64,000 nt of DNA from Eledone cirrhosa. Taxonomy: Eukaryota. Both the position numbers and the translations under genes were made by a program. Below, in pieces: positions 27,842 through 40,500 of the stretch (position 1 is the stretch's first letter; every line of letters begins with the position of its first letter). The stretch spans positions 4,960,001-5,024,000 of the forward strand of contig OZ024741.1 in the NCBI GenBank assembly GCA_964016885.1, read 5' to 3'. The notes under the pieces were generated by a model. That model searched no databases. It worked only from the letters and a program-made list of their open reading frames with translations, and was not told the origin of the DNA.

Positions 27842-28390
27842 GATAGCAACTAACAGTGCTGCGATCGAATGTGGCTTTTTAGCCCAGCCAATGATCCAAA
27901 ATGTCTTGCACAGAGTCGGCAACCAAAACATTTACTGGGAATAGTCGGCTGTGGTTGGAGTTCGTGTACTTTTGCATGTCGCTTGAGTCCTCCTGCTGAT
28001 TTACATTCTCTACCACATGTTTGGCAAGCATGATGAGTAGCATCTCCAACAGCAGCCTGGTAGTCAACCACTGGTCTTACTTTATGACTGCGAAGATGAC
28101 TTTCGAGTCCAGCTTTGCTTAGGCAGAGTCTCGCACAGACGCTGCATGTCAGAAACATAGGAGGACCCTCGCCGTCTGGAAGTGCAACAGCAATACCCTT
28201 CCTCACGTCCCGCTTTACTTTCTCGTGTGCGATTCGAGATGCCTCAAAGGCAACTTTTCCCTCATATACAGTCTTTCTCCATTTATTACGATCAGCAGCA
28301 ATATTTTCCCATGTATCAGCAGAGATGTTAGCGTCTTTCAGAGAGGCCTTCAAGGAATCCTTATACCTCTTTTTTGGTTTTCTGCTTTAT
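27365..28390 (-). mobile_element. RTE-clade LINE 3' fragment with three C-terminal C2H2 zinc fingers (ORF 27850-~28385)
   Basis: KRYKDSLKASLK..WENIAADRNKWR, then three CxxC..HxxxH fingers. The 3' end ..ggcagccatc runs into (TA)n. Confidence 0.8.
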
Positions 28391-28392
28391 AA

Positions 28393-28438
<46 letters not shown>

Positions 28439-28623
28439 TACAAACATACACACATCCATACATATATATACACACACATACATATATACCCACACGTACA
28501 TACATCCATACATACCTACACACATATATGTGTGTGTCTCACCGTTCACTCAGATATTCATGTGTACACATAAGAAGAGGGGGGGGGGGGTAGTGAAATG
28601 GAATTTTACCTCCGAGTGTTAAT

Positions 28624-29904
28624 TCATTTTTTCGTGTTCAGTAGTGGTTTAAATTTTTCAATGAAGAATTCTTCTTTATATCTGCGGAAATGTTCGTTAT
28701 CCGACCATATCTTGAAGAAAGGGAAGATTGTGAATTTTCCCTTCCCGCATGATGCAAAGTGTGCACTACATGTGGTATTTCTGACTGTGGGGTCTTTAAT
28801 TTGTTGTTTATGTACCCGGACTCTATCATGTAATCCCGTTCCCTTTTCCCCAATGTAATACTCTTTACACTGTGGACATGTTGCGCAATATATTAGGATT
28901 TTCGTTTTGCAGTTCATGTTTGCATTGACCTTCAAATTATCATGGTTTTTGAAGGACAACTGTTTGCCCTCTTCGATGAGTTCACAGGTTCCACATCTAG
29001 GGTCCCCGCATTTCGTCACTTGCATTGATTTCATGTTGGTCGTAAATTTTGCCTTGGTAATTAGTTTTTTAAGATTGGGTGCTTGGCGTCTGCTATAAAT
29101 TATCTGTGTGTTTTTTAAGAGTGCATTCATTTTGGTAGATTGCTGTAGAATCGGGAGATACTGCTTAGCAGTTTTCACAATGTTGATGTTCCCTGGGTTG
29201 TGAGTGATGACGAAAGAGATAGCAGGGTTTTCTTTTTTATGTTGTGGGTTTGGTTTTTTCAATGTTGTTATTGGGATGTTCTTAGCCTTGGAGATGGCTG
29301 CGTTGATGAGTTTCATCGGGTATTCTTGTTTTTTAAGGAATTTTTTCAGGTCACATAATCTTTTTTCTTGTAGTACGGGGTGTGTTGCTATAGTGCAGAT
29401 GCGCCTTGCCATGTTGAAGGGAATGTTCCTTTTCGTATGTGAGGGGTGTGCTGACCGGAAATTTAAGTATTGGTGTGTGTCAGTGGGTTTGCAAAATAGG
29501 TCCGTTATGATATTTTCCCCTTCTTTAATGATGAGGATTTCTAGAAAGGGCAGTTCCTTTTCGTTACATTCCATAGTGAATTGTATAGCTTCATGAAGCC
29601 TGTTTAAGATCGAATAAATTTTTTGTAGGTCTGTTTGGCTTCTGTTCCAGAAGATGAAGCAGTCATCTAGGTAACGTTTCCAGTTTTTATTAATGTAGAA
29701 GGCGAAGTCGTGACTGAATGTTATCTGTAGTTGGGAATATAATTTTGCCTCTAAGTGACCCATAACGAGCGTTGCATATGTAGGGGCCACTTTGGTACCC
29801 ATGGCTGTTCCTTTTATTTGAAGATAAATTTCGTTGTCAAAGAGGAAGTGGTTGTTTTCCAATACTAATTTAAGTCCTTCCAAGATGTACGTATATACGC
29901 ACAT
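28624..29904 (-). CDS. Neptune-like PLE partial RT plus GIY-YIG (5'-truncated; start codon from the inverted pLTR)
   Basis: GTAMGTKVAPTYATL, RYLDD, KPTDTHQYL, KCGDPRCGTC, LIYCATCPQCKEYYIGE. Confidence 0.85.
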   Translation of the reverse strand: MCVYTYILEGLKLVLENNHFLFDNEIYLQIKGTAMGTKVAPTYATLVMGHLEAKLYSQLQITFSHDFAFYINKNWKRYLDDCFIFWNRSQTDLQKIYSILNRLHEAIQFTMECNEKELPFLEILIIKEGENIITDLFCKPTDTHQYLNFRSAHPSHTKRNIPFNMARRICTIATHPVLQEKRLCDLKKFLKKQEYPMKLINAAISKAKNIPITTLKKPNPQHKKENPAISFVITHNPGNINIVKTAKQYLPILQQSTKMNALLKNTQIIYSRRQAPNLKKLITKAKFTTNMKSMQVTKCGDPRCGTCELIEEGKQLSFKNHDNLKVNANMNCKTKILIYCATCPQCKEYYIGEKGTGLHDRVRVHKQQIKDPTVRNTTCSAHFASCGKGKFTIFPFFKIWSDNEHFRRYKEEFFIEKFKPLLNTKK

Positions 29905-30473
29905 ATGTGTGTGTTGAACAAAGGACTAATTTTGGGATGGACGTAGAAAAATTCTTTAGAAAAAAATAATTGTTTACAAACTTGGCAGGTGCGATTTGCC
30001 TGTGACCATTCTCAACACAAAGGAATCCCCTGAATAAAGGAATTTTTCGAGAATTACCGGGGCAGGCCGCACTTGCTACATTTCTCCCCATCCAACCCTA
30101 CTCAACTCATTACTGCTATTAACACTTTTTCAACACACCTACACCCATACACTTATTAAAAAGGGGGAGAAAAAACCCCCACTACACCACAGATATGTCA
30201 AATCCCTATATATCGAACAACACACCACATACACATCAGTTTGACAAGCGCACCTCAGCGTGAAAGGTCGTTCTAAAAACGAAACAATACCTCCTACGTT
30301 AACCAAGAACTCCTAAGACCTAACTTAATTTATAAAATAAATTTTTTTTGAGAAAAAAATTTTTTTTCTAATCCGGAAAAAAATTCTTTTTGAATTTTGT
30401 GAAGCAAATAAATTTGTTGAAAGCACAAGTAAAGCCATTTTTTCTTCCCCCCCTGTCTTAATATATATATATA

Positions 30474-31848
30474 TCAGAAACAGAATGACAGTTCATCGCC
30501 AACAATTACGAGATCCAACCACGAGACAGATACCACTAAGTGCACATCTAGACATTTGCGCAAGTAATAAGACACCCAAATTCCAAGTCTTCCCATTTTA
30601 CCTTTGCGCTAACAATACAACAGAACAAATGCGAATAAATAAGGAAAATATGTTTATTCAAAAATATAGACCAACATTAAATAAGGTTTAATATACATTA
30701 TGTCAACACGACAATATGACATACACACACACACACATAACACCTTCTACTTTAGAAAATAAAAACCCGAACTAAATAAACCTTAACATACGTTTGCACT
30801 GGCAATACAACAGCAAACACGAAAAAGTAAGGAAAATATGTTCATTCAAAAATATTCCTACCAAAGGAATCACTTTCCTACACACACACACAATATATAT
30901 ATATATATTCTCTTCATCTTAACATGCTAACCATACTCCCACACACACACATAACAACCCCCACACCTACAACTCCCTCCCCATTTCTACTAATAGAACC
31001 ACTTTCCTACACACATATATATATACACACACACAAAATATATATTCTCTCCATCTTAACATACTCGCACACACACACATAACACCCATATACACACACA
31101 CACAACACCCTCCCCCATCTCTACTAATAGAATTATCTTCCAATACACACATACACACACACAAGCACACAAATAAACATACATATCTTCACTTCAATAG
31201 AAAATCTGAACTCTGACACCCCGGCGAGCTGGCCATATTCACTGAACCAGAACATTTCTCCCAATCCCTTTTCTCTTGACCACTATCTCTCCATTGTCAT
31301 AACATTCACTATAAAGACTACCGAATAGTTTTCCAAATAAGGGCGCAAAAATGTAATGAAAACTTGTTCACGTGACAGCCAAATTTCATTTATAACCAAC
31401 CAAAAAAAAGCCTTCGTGAGCCTCCTTTTTTCAAGTAAAAAGAAATTCAAACACTCATATATGAAAAAACAACCTGTGACAACCCCCCCTCCTCTCTTAT
31501 TTGAAGAACTATTGTAACGCGAACTGGCGCGAAATTTATTATAATTATTGACAAACCAATCAAATTACTTCTCGAAAAACCTGGCATTTCGAGCCACTTT
31601 TTCCATATAAAACAAGTAACATTCAGAGACCAACCAGATGTGAGAAAAACCACAGACCCTCCATCTCAACTCACCTTTTGAAAAGCAGAAGAACTGCGAA
31701 ACCGGTAAAGGAACCAAATAAATATATATATTTAAAAAAAAAATAAGACTCCAGTTGCATTTTCGATTTCATCTCTTTTTCTTTATACTTTCACTCGTGT
31801 AGGACACCTCGGTTATTTTTCATTTTGTAAAAAAAACCTCACTTTCTA
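30474..31848 (+). mobile_element. Neptune-like PLE 3' fragment (end of GIY-YIG at 30485-30691) with pLTR
   Basis: RMTVHRQQLRDP..FPFY..PTLN. HHR variant at 31674-31711: cctt-TTGAAAA-gcag(aagaa)ctgc-GAAA-ccgg-TA-aagg. Confidence 0.85.
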
Positions 31849-31865
31849 ATATATATATATATATA

Positions 31866-34800
31866 TTGTTATACTTTGGGAGGGTCATGTTGCCAATAAG
31901 AAACACACGCACCAGTTGCTTTCACTTCAATTTATTATAATAAATTTATAAATTTCTGGTTGGTTGGTTGGTTCCACAACCAGATAGTTGTTTATATATT
32001 GTCATAGTTCTTTCGTCACACACTCTGTGACCTCTTCAGTGACTGGGGATTCTTTTCTTCTTTGTTTTTGTGCCCCTCCTTTGTTCTGTCCTACGCCATT
32101 TTGTTTCTGTGTGTGTGTTGTGTGCTCAGTCTGCGCATGCTCCACATCCGGGTGTCTGTGTGCGTTTATGTTCATTTATTTATTTGTTTATTTACATGTT
32201 ACTGGTTGGTTGTTTGTTCTATGTGTGTGTGTTTTCATTTTGTCCTTAATTGTAAGTTGTGATGTTGCTGTTCCACTCATATTTTCTATTTAATTTTGGT
32301 TGTAATTCTTTTATGTTTATTGCCTCTGTGATTTGTCTAAACATTGCGTCTTTTCTGTGTGTAGATTCTATTTTTATTTCTATGTTCTCTAATTTACCCT
32401 TGTGTTCTATTTTAGCATGTTGGTAGAGTACAGATGATTCTTTACTATCTTGAAGGTCTCGCCAGTGTTCATTTATCCGTTCCCCTACACTACGAGTTGT
32501 CTCACCTATGTACACTATATTTTTGTCTCTACATTGTCCTTCAGTACATCTTATGCTATACACTACATTTCTAGTTTTACAGTTAATATGGGGGCTTATT
32601 TTACAGGTTATACATTTCTTATCTATACATGAGGGTCTTTGAAAAGGGTATGTCTTGCTTATAAGTGTTTTTACGGAGGTACCTGGTCTTTCTACTATCT
32701 TAATATTGAGTTTATGTTTATTTAGGGCCCTTCTAAATTTGTAAGCTAATTCACCTCTAGGGGTTGTATCGATGAACATTACACTCTGGTATTTATTGCT
32801 ATCATACCATGAGTTTATTCTATTAGCCTTGTTCCTAGTTCTTTCTATTCTATTCCAAAATTTGCTCCTATACAAGGGGCAGGTCCCATTTATGTCATTA
32901 TTTACCATTTTTTCCCATTTGGTTCTGGCTCCTCTATACACTCTGATTTTATCTCTCTGATTGTAGCCAGAGAACTGCATACGGTGGATGAAGTGTTGTA
33001 TGTCTCTCTAGTTCTTCGGGGTTGCACATGCGGGACACGTTTCTCATCACCCGTACCAAATCCGCAATCAGTATGTTGATTTTGGTATGGTCCGAAACGG
33101 CCGAGTTTCGGTGGATCAGATATTTGGAAGTCATGGGTTTGGCATAATGGGAATGGAGGATTTGTTTTTTGTTATTAATGGTATCTAACCAGAGCTCGGT
33201 GTCTAGTACAGGTAATCGATGATTGGGGTGTTTACTTCGGTAGTCTATAGTAACTCTAATACTCTGGTGGATGGAGTGAGCTATTTGCTGGATGCTTTTC
33301 ATTGTTTTTCTCTAGTTCCTGACTGTTCTCTAGTGGGGGTGTCTTAACTACGATGTTTATATCATCAACGTAGCGGGAGTACATTATCAGGGTTAAGGGG
33401 TTTTCTAATTGTTCTTTAAGTTTAAGTCTACTGTCCCACCATACCATGAATAAGTTAGCTATGTCGCCTGCAATGCTAACACCAATGGCTGCTCCTTCCT
33501 CTTGGGCATATGTTTTTCCATTAAATTTGAACATATGTTCCTTAAGGGTTAGTTTTATGCTGGCCCCTACCGCATGTGCAATCATTTTCTTCAGTTCATC
33601 GTGGTTTTCGGGTGTCCGTATGGCTCTGGTCCACCCGTTCCATCTATCTGTGTGGGTTTTCTTGGCCATTGAGGTAATGGTAGGTGGTCTGCCTCTTGCT
33701 GATCTTGTAGGGCACAGGTTGCTAAGGTCATATGTGTCTAGGTAATTATTACTATAGGTAAGTTTAAGTAGGAGTCCCAGCTCACTGGTATCAATCCCAC
33801 GGAACTCATCATTGTTCTCACTGATCATTTCTACGCATTTCTCCACAGCAAAATCCACGTCAATAGATGGATACAGGGACACAACATCCATACTACCTAT
33901 TATGCAGTTTGTTAGGTCCCTAGATCGGTTACCCTCGCCGATTCTGCTGAGGAGGTCCTCCGTGCTGTCACATACATCTGGGGACATTTCAATGATGGGG
34001 CGTATGATCAGGGAGAGGAAGTAGGACAGTCTGTAGTTACTAGCAATGTTAGCTCCACAGACTGGCCGTGTTGGTGGTCCCGTGACAGGGTCACTGCCCG
34101 TTTTATGGTCTTTTCGAAGCCCATACAATGCCGGCACGTCATTGTTCCAGGCCTGGAAGTTGTTGGCAGTCCTTTTGTTGGGCTGCATTATATTCGTCCA
34201 CATAGCCATATGGGCATTGAGGGCTTTTTCTCTATCCTCATGCTCCTGTGGTGTTACCTCTCTTGTGTTAGTGATGTGGGGTTGCATTGCCTGGATGTAG
34301 TTTGGCAGGCTGTCAACCGACATTCTGCCAGACTTGTCTGTTGGAAAGCATGCTATCTCTCCATTACGCGAGCGCTGCATGAGCTTACGCAAGCCATTTG
34401 CAGATTTTTCTCCCAGTTGCTGGGCCTCCATTCTATTATGCTTCTTGCTATACTGTTCTATAATATTTCTAAGTTCGGATCTAGCTATACTAAATTATGC
34501 TTCTGTTTGTTCATCGACCTGCGACCGCAATTGCGTGCATTTGTTAAATGGTAAAGTCGTGGCGTGGACTCGTCGCAGGTCGAACGATTTATCGGAGGGA
34601 TTATAAAAAGTAGAGTTCCAGGCTGCTGCTTGTGTTATTGTTAGTTGTGTTGTTTCTATTTCTATTTCCACCAACAGCCTCATGGTTGTTTCTATGTCTC
34701 TCATAATTACTCCTGTCTCTTTCCACTGGCTCATTGTTGTTATCTACCCTATTTTGTGTGTCTGTGTGTTCGTCTTGGTTATTTTCTTTGTCCTTAGTCT

Positions 34801-36341
34801 CCCTTCTCCTTTTAATCCTATTACTTTCCCTTATTTCTGTGATTTCTGTGCTACTGTCATTACTTGTTTTCTGTGTCTGTGTGTTTATTAAGATTGTGGT
34901 GGTGGTGAGAGGCATTGAATGTGTGTGTGGTTGTTGTTGATGTGTGTTGTTGTTGTCTCCGTATGTGTTATTATTGTTGTGTGTTGTTATTGTTGTTTGT
35001 GTCTGTTGTTGTTGTTTCTGGGTATATTGTTATTGTTGTTGTTGTTGGTGTGTGTGTTGTTATTGTTGTTTGTGTCTGTTGTTGTTGGGATGTGTGTTGT
35101 ATATGTGTGTGCGTATATTGTTACTTTTGTTTTTGTTTTTGAGGCTCCAGCGTAGTTTTGTAAATGATTTTTCTATTTCTGACAGACAACTAATCATATT
35201 TACCTTCTTGAATGTCGCAAATTTCGGTGGTAGAAGTAATACAGATAACTCATCGTCACCTATTACCGTGTTGCCGTATATATTTGTGTTGTTGTTGTTG
35301 TTGAACTCATCTGTTAATGAGGTGTCGGCCATATTTATACCGTCGATTTTGTCGGGATATCTATTGGTATTCTCTACAGTATCCTGATTTAGCTTTATCT
35401 GCTTAAGCCACTTTAGTTTCTTGTTAAAGTGCTTATCACATTCTTGAGTAATGTACTGTTCTTCAGGACGTATAAGGCTTATAAATATTAGTTTCTCTCT
35501 TGGTGTGGACCCTCATGTATAGATAAGAAATGTATAACCTGTAAAATAAGCCCCCATATTAACTGTAAAACTAGAAATGTAGTGTATAGCATAAGATGTA
35601 CTGAAGGACAATGTAGAGACAAAAATATAGTGTACATAGGTGAGACAGCTCGTAGTGTAGGGGAACGGATAAATGAACACTGGCGAGACCATCAAGATAG
35701 TAAAGAATCATCTGTACTCTACCAACATGCTAAAATAGAACACAAGGGTAAATTAGAGAACATAGAAATAAAAATAGAATCTACACACAGAAAAGACGCA
35801 ATGTTTAGACAAATCACAGAGGCAATAAACATAAAAGAATTACAACCAAAATTAAATAGAAAATATGAGTGGAACAGCAACATCACAACTTACAATTAAG
35901 GACAAAATGAAAACACACACACACATAGAACAAACAACCAACCAGTAACATGTAAATAAACAAATAAATAAATGAGCATAAACACACACAGACACCCGGA
36001 TGTGGCGCATGCGCAGACTGAGCACACAACACACACACAGAAACAAAATGGCGTAGGACAGAACAAAGGAGGGGCACAAAAACAAAGAAGAAAAGAATCC
36101 CCAGTCACTGAAGAGGTCACAGAGTGTGTGACGAAAGAACTATGACAATATATAAACAACTATCTGGTTGTGGAACCAACCAACCAACCAGAAATTTATA
36201 AATTTATTATAATAAATTGAAGTGAAACAACTGGTGCGTGTGTTTCTTATTGGCAACATGAACCCCCCCAAAGTATAACAATATCGGTTTCAACACACGA
36301 TTTCAGATAAAGAATCTTGCTAAACAAATTCAGAAACGAAA
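31866..36341 (-). mobile_element. PLE of a third type (tentatively Nematis-like) with an inverted duplicated 3' end
   Basis: ~35508-36282 is the reverse complement of ~31866-32637. HHRs at 32001-32043 (-) and 36104-36146 (+): gtca-CTGAAGA-ggtcac(agagtgt)gtgac-GAAA-gaac-TA-tgac. Confidence 0.88.
32246..35500 (-). pseudogene. PLE RT/GIY-YIG ORF, frameshifted
   Basis: LPPKF, PTDKSG, LYGLRKDHK, TRPVCGA, SMDVVSLYPSI, GAAIG, RYVDD, LPVLD, CIDKKCITC, NVVYSIRC..YIGETTRS, spread over ORFs 35060-35332, 33256-34431, 32949-33302 and 32246-32980. Confidence 0.9.
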
Positions 36342-36357
36342 TATATTATATATATAT

Positions 36358-37337
36358 CATCATCATCATCATCATCAACGTTTAACGTCCGTGTTCCATG
36401 CTTGCATGGGTTTGGACGGGGGTAGTCCCACTTGAGGCAAGAGTGATTGTCTTGCTCGCATAGGACTGTCTGGCAGGTTTTCTACAGTTGGATGCCCTTC
36501 CTAACACCAACCACATTTACAGTGTGGGTCTGGGAGGTTTTTACCGTGTTGCTTACACGGCCACATTACAGCGTGGACTGTGTGTTTTTTTGTCGTGACA
36601 CCTACACGATCTCATTTGTTTCGGCCTGGATGGCGCGGCACCAACATAACTTTACATAGAACGGGGTGGTGTGGATGGGGTGGGGGTGGTGGCGGGACGG
36701 GGTGTATTTTGTTAGAGATGCCTACTGGCAAGGCGGGTCTTCTCTGTTACTGAGTACCGCCAAAGGTCTCGGTCCAGAGACATTGTCTTGGAGAGGTGTA
36801 AGTGTGTGAGTTCGGAGTTTATCAGCTCATCCCAGGTTTTTCTAGGTCTGCCTATTCCGTGGCTACCGTCTATCTTTATTGCCCTGCACTTTGTTATACA
36901 GCTATCGACTTTCATGCGCATCACGTGTCCATACCAACGCAGCCTTCTCTCGAGTAAACATCTGATCCCTCTTATCTCTAATTTTTTCCTTAGTTCGTTT
37001 ATGCTTTGCCGTTCACGTATATTACTGTTACACATCCAGCGGAGCATGCAAGCTTCGTTCCTCTCTAGTCTGCGTATATCCTCTGCACACAATGCCCAGG
37101 TCTCACTACCATGCAACATTGCTGTTCGTATGCAGGCATCGTACAACCTGCCTTTCATTTTTAGGGAGAACCCTTTAGCAGCTAATAGTGGTATAAGCTC
37201 TCTGAACTTTTTCCAACCAGTTCTGACTCTAGCTACAGTACTTTCAGAGCACCCTCCCCCACTGCTGATTTTATCGCCCAGGTAACGGAAGCTGTCCACT
37301 ATTTCTATAGAACCCTCTGCGCAATTGAAAGAGCTAG
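36358..37337 (-). mobile_element. RTE-clade LINE 3' fragment with (GAT)n tail
   Basis: ORF 36712-37299 (FRYLGD, LHGSETW, RRLRWYGHV, GRPRKTW); near-identical to 55315-56330. Confidence 0.92.
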
Positions 37338-37353
37338 TATATATATATTATAT

Positions 37354-37683
37354 ATCATCATTTCATTTTACGTCCACTTTTCCCTGCTTGCAAGGGTGGG
37401 ACGGGAACTGATTCTGGCTTGATTTCTACAGCTGGATGCCCTTCCTAACACCAACCTCATTTACAGTGAGTGATGGGTGCTTTTTTGCCGTGGCACCTCC
37501 ACGACCACTTTGCAGTGGAATGATAGGGACTCAAGTCCATATCATCTCATTTCTACAGCTGAGTAAACTGGAGCAATGTGAAATAAAGTGTCTTGCTCAA
37601 GGAAACAACACATCACCCGGTCTGAGAATTGAACTCACAACCTTTCGATTGCAAGGCCAATGCTCTAACCACTAAGCCATGTA
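37354..37683 (-). mobile_element. tRNA-derived SINE with an RTE-like 3' tail
   Basis: Minus strand: A box tggcttagtggtt, B box gagttcaattc, central ccttgagcaagacact, and a tail sharing ggttggtgttaggaagggcatccagctgtagaaa with the RTE 3' UTR. Truncated copies at 45412-45600 (-) and 59775-60040 (+). Confidence 0.8.
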
Positions 37684-37781
37684 CCATATATATTATATAT
37701 ATATTATATATATATATATTATATATATTATATATTATATATATATTATATATTATATATATTATATATATATATTATATA

Positions 37782-37829
<48 letters not shown>

Positions 37830-37830
<1 letters not shown>

Positions 37831-38628
37831 CATCATCATCATCAGGTTTAGCGTCTGTGTTCCATGCTTGCATGGGTTTGGACGGGGGTTTTCCCACTTG
37901 AGGCAAGAGTGGTTGTCTTGCTCGCATAGGACTGTCTGGCGGGATTTCTACAGTTGGATGCCCTTCCTAACACCAACCACAACCGTGTTGCCTACACGGC
38001 CACATTTACAGCATAGACTGTGTGTTTTTTTTGTCGTGACACCTACACGATCTCATTTGTTTCGGCCTGGATGTTGTGGGACCAACATAACTTTACATTG
38101 AAAGGGGCGGTGTGGATGGGGTGGAGGTGGTGGGACGGGGGGGTGTTTTAATAGAGATGCCTACTGACTGTAGTAGGTTTTTACTTTGTATTTAGGTAAG
38201 GCGGGTCTTCTCTATTACTGAGTACCGCCAAAGGTCTCGGTCCAGTGACATTGTCTTGGAGAGGTGTAAGCGTGTGAGGTCGGAATTTATCAGCTCGTCC
38301 CATGTTTTTCTGGGTCTGCCTACTCCGTGGCTACCGTCTATCTTTATTGCCCTGCACTTTGTTATACAGCTGTCGTCTTTCATGCGCATCACGTGACCGT
38401 ACCAACGTAGCCTTCTCTCGAGTAAACAACATCTGATCCCTCTTATTTCTAATTTTTTCCTTAGTTCGTTTATGCTTTGCCGTTCACGTATATTACTATT
38501 GCACATCCAGCGGAGCATGCAAGCTTCGTTCCTCTCTAGTCTGCGTATATCCTCTGCACACAATGCCCAGGTCTCACTGCCATGCAGCATTGCTGTTCAT
38601 ATGCAGGCATCGTATAACCTGCCTTTCA
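37830..38628 (-). mobile_element. RTE-clade LINE 3' fragment
   Basis: ORF 38192-38590; same family as 36358-37337. Confidence 0.92.
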
Positions 38629-38648
38629 TATATATATATATATATATA

Positions 38649-38693
<45 letters not shown>

Positions 38694-38889
38694 AATTTAT
38701 TCAAGTTACATAAATTTCATTAAAAACTTTAATAATATACAAATATTTTATTTCTTTTTTTTTGTTTTCAGTAAACATACAAGATTTTGTGGAGTATAAA
38801 ATTCATAATATTGAGAAGACATATAAATATATATATGTCTGTGTGTGTATATGTCTTAGCCATTCGTATACACACTAATGACTCCGATA

Positions 38890-38981
38890 TTAATATTTCT
38901 GGCAATTTCTCGAAGTGTATTGGGTGCAGACACTGTTGTCAGTAAACTGTGTATAGCCATCCACTTTATCAAGGCCACTTC
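38890..38981 (-). CDS. Host gene, putative terminal coding exon (GSGLDKVDGYTQFTDNSVCTQYTSRNCQKY*)
   Basis: Acceptor ttttctaaatatttcag, phase 1 matching the upstream exon, and AATAAA on the minus strand at ~38747-38752. Confidence 0.6.
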
Positions 38982-39696
38982 CTGAAATATTTAGAAAATA
39001 TAAAGTGAAAACAAGTTCAAAACAAACAAACATTGTTGTCTGTAAATGTAAAGGTTTTCAGCTGTTGATTGTAAGGTCATCAGTTCCATTCCCAGCTGTC
39101 ACTTTATCTCATGCTGTTCCAGTTCACTTAACAGAGTATGGTATATTTTATCATGGCACCAGTGCTATAAAGTCTGTCATGTCCTCAGCATCACTAAACA
39201 CTCCTCTTGGACAATCTATCTTGTCTTTGCCTAGTACCAACCATAATAATATGCCACATGTGTTTCTATATTATAGATCACTGTCTATAATTCTTTCAAA
39301 TTTACATACTTTAGATATACATAATGCCTGTCCTATCTCATTCATGTTGCTACAATAAGAAGCTTGCTTTCCACTCACAAGGTCCTGGGTTCTAACCCTA
39401 CATTTGTCCCTGTAGTTATTCCTCTAAAGTTTCTCATACATTTCATTGTATGTCATTTGTTCATACATACTGAACATTTATCTAATTATATCCTAGAAAT
39501 AATTCATCAAAATATCTAATGATGTATCTGTCAGTCTGTCTGTCTACCTGTCACTCAGTCTGTCTGTCAGTCAGTCTGTCTATCTGTCACTCAGTTAGCC
39601 AGTCAGTCTGTCTGCTGACATCTGAAAGCTGTTCATCTATTTAGTTAAAAAGACAGTAAGAGTTGTCAAGGTCCCTTAGCTTAATGGTTTGACATG

Positions 39697-40030
39697 CCTG
39701 GTATATATGGTATACCAACCCTGGCATATATGGTATACCAACGCTGGTATATATGGTATACCAACGCTGGTATATATGGTATACCAACCCTGGTATATAT
39801 GGTATACCAACGCTGGTATATATGGTATACCAACCCTGGTATATATGGTATACCAACGCTGGTATATATGGTATACCAACGCTGGTATATATGGTATACC
39901 AACGCTGGTATATATGGTATACCAACCCTGGTATATATGGTATACCAACGCTGGTATATATGGTATACCAACCCTGGCATATATGGTATACCAACGCTGG
40001 TATATATGGTATACCAACCCTGGCATATAT
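39697..40030. repeat. 23-bp minisatellite ctggtatatatggtataccaac(c/g), ~14 copies
   Basis: Directly visible; each unit contains the palindrome tggtatacca. Confidence 0.97.
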
Positions 40031-40100
40031 GACATACAAAGCAATACAGGTGTAAAAAAACCCAAACCCCATTCCTCAAAGAAACGGGTCCCGTACAAAC

Positions 40101-40179
40101 CTGTTATGAGATTGTGTAGGTTACAGTAGTTGACACCAAAGTCTAGCAGAGCGTACCAGGCATTGGATGATGACACTCC
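40101..40179 (-). CDS. Host gene, putative internal exon (GVSSSNAWYALLDFGVNYCNLHNLIT)
   Basis: Acceptor ctcacgttttctctctgttcacttttag, donor AG|gtttgt. Only one frame is open; phase 0 in, phase 1 out. Confidence 0.65.
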
Positions 40180-40287
40180 CTAAAAGTGAACAGAGAGAAA
40201 ACGTGAGTGATTTAGGGTTCATTAGGGGAAAAGGGGTGAAAAAAAGCATAAATTTGAAAAGAAATTGAGAAAATAACTGGTTTGACC

Positions 40288-40500
40288 CTCTCAAGCCCCC
40301 CCCCCCCCCCCGGAATACTGACCTGACTCCTCCCCCTCTCTCAAGCCCCCCTCCCAGGATATACTGACCTGACCCCCCCTTCTCTCTCAAGTCCCCCCCC
40401 CCCCCGAATATACTGACCTGACCCCTCCCTCTCTCTCAAGCCCCCCTCCCAGTATATACTGACCTGACCCCTCCTTCTCTCTCAAGTCCCCACTCTCAGT
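40288..40500. repeat. C-rich ~50-55-bp tandem repeat (ctctctcaagccccc...atatactgacctgacccc), ~4 copies
   Basis: Directly visible. Confidence 0.8.

Noticed and set aside
30236-30300. Confident hammerhead call in the 25.4/30.2-kb pLTRs
   Set aside because: UUGACAA, a stem II and GAAA are present but no convincing stem I; kept only as a remark.
37610-37683. tRNA gene
   Set aside because: A/B boxes run into a SINE body and tail; no complete cloverleaf was recognised.
39005-39358. 117-aa plus-strand ORF
   Set aside because: GTG start, no motif, lies in an intron of the minus-strand gene and overlaps SINE-like remnants.
39697-40030. CRISPR-like or coding repeat (six overlapping ORFs)
   Set aside because: Contiguous 23-bp units without spacers; the open frames follow from the lack of stops.
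40101-40179. DDX60-like identity from AWYALLDF
   Set aside because: Only a short resemblance; the adjacent exons show no helicase features.
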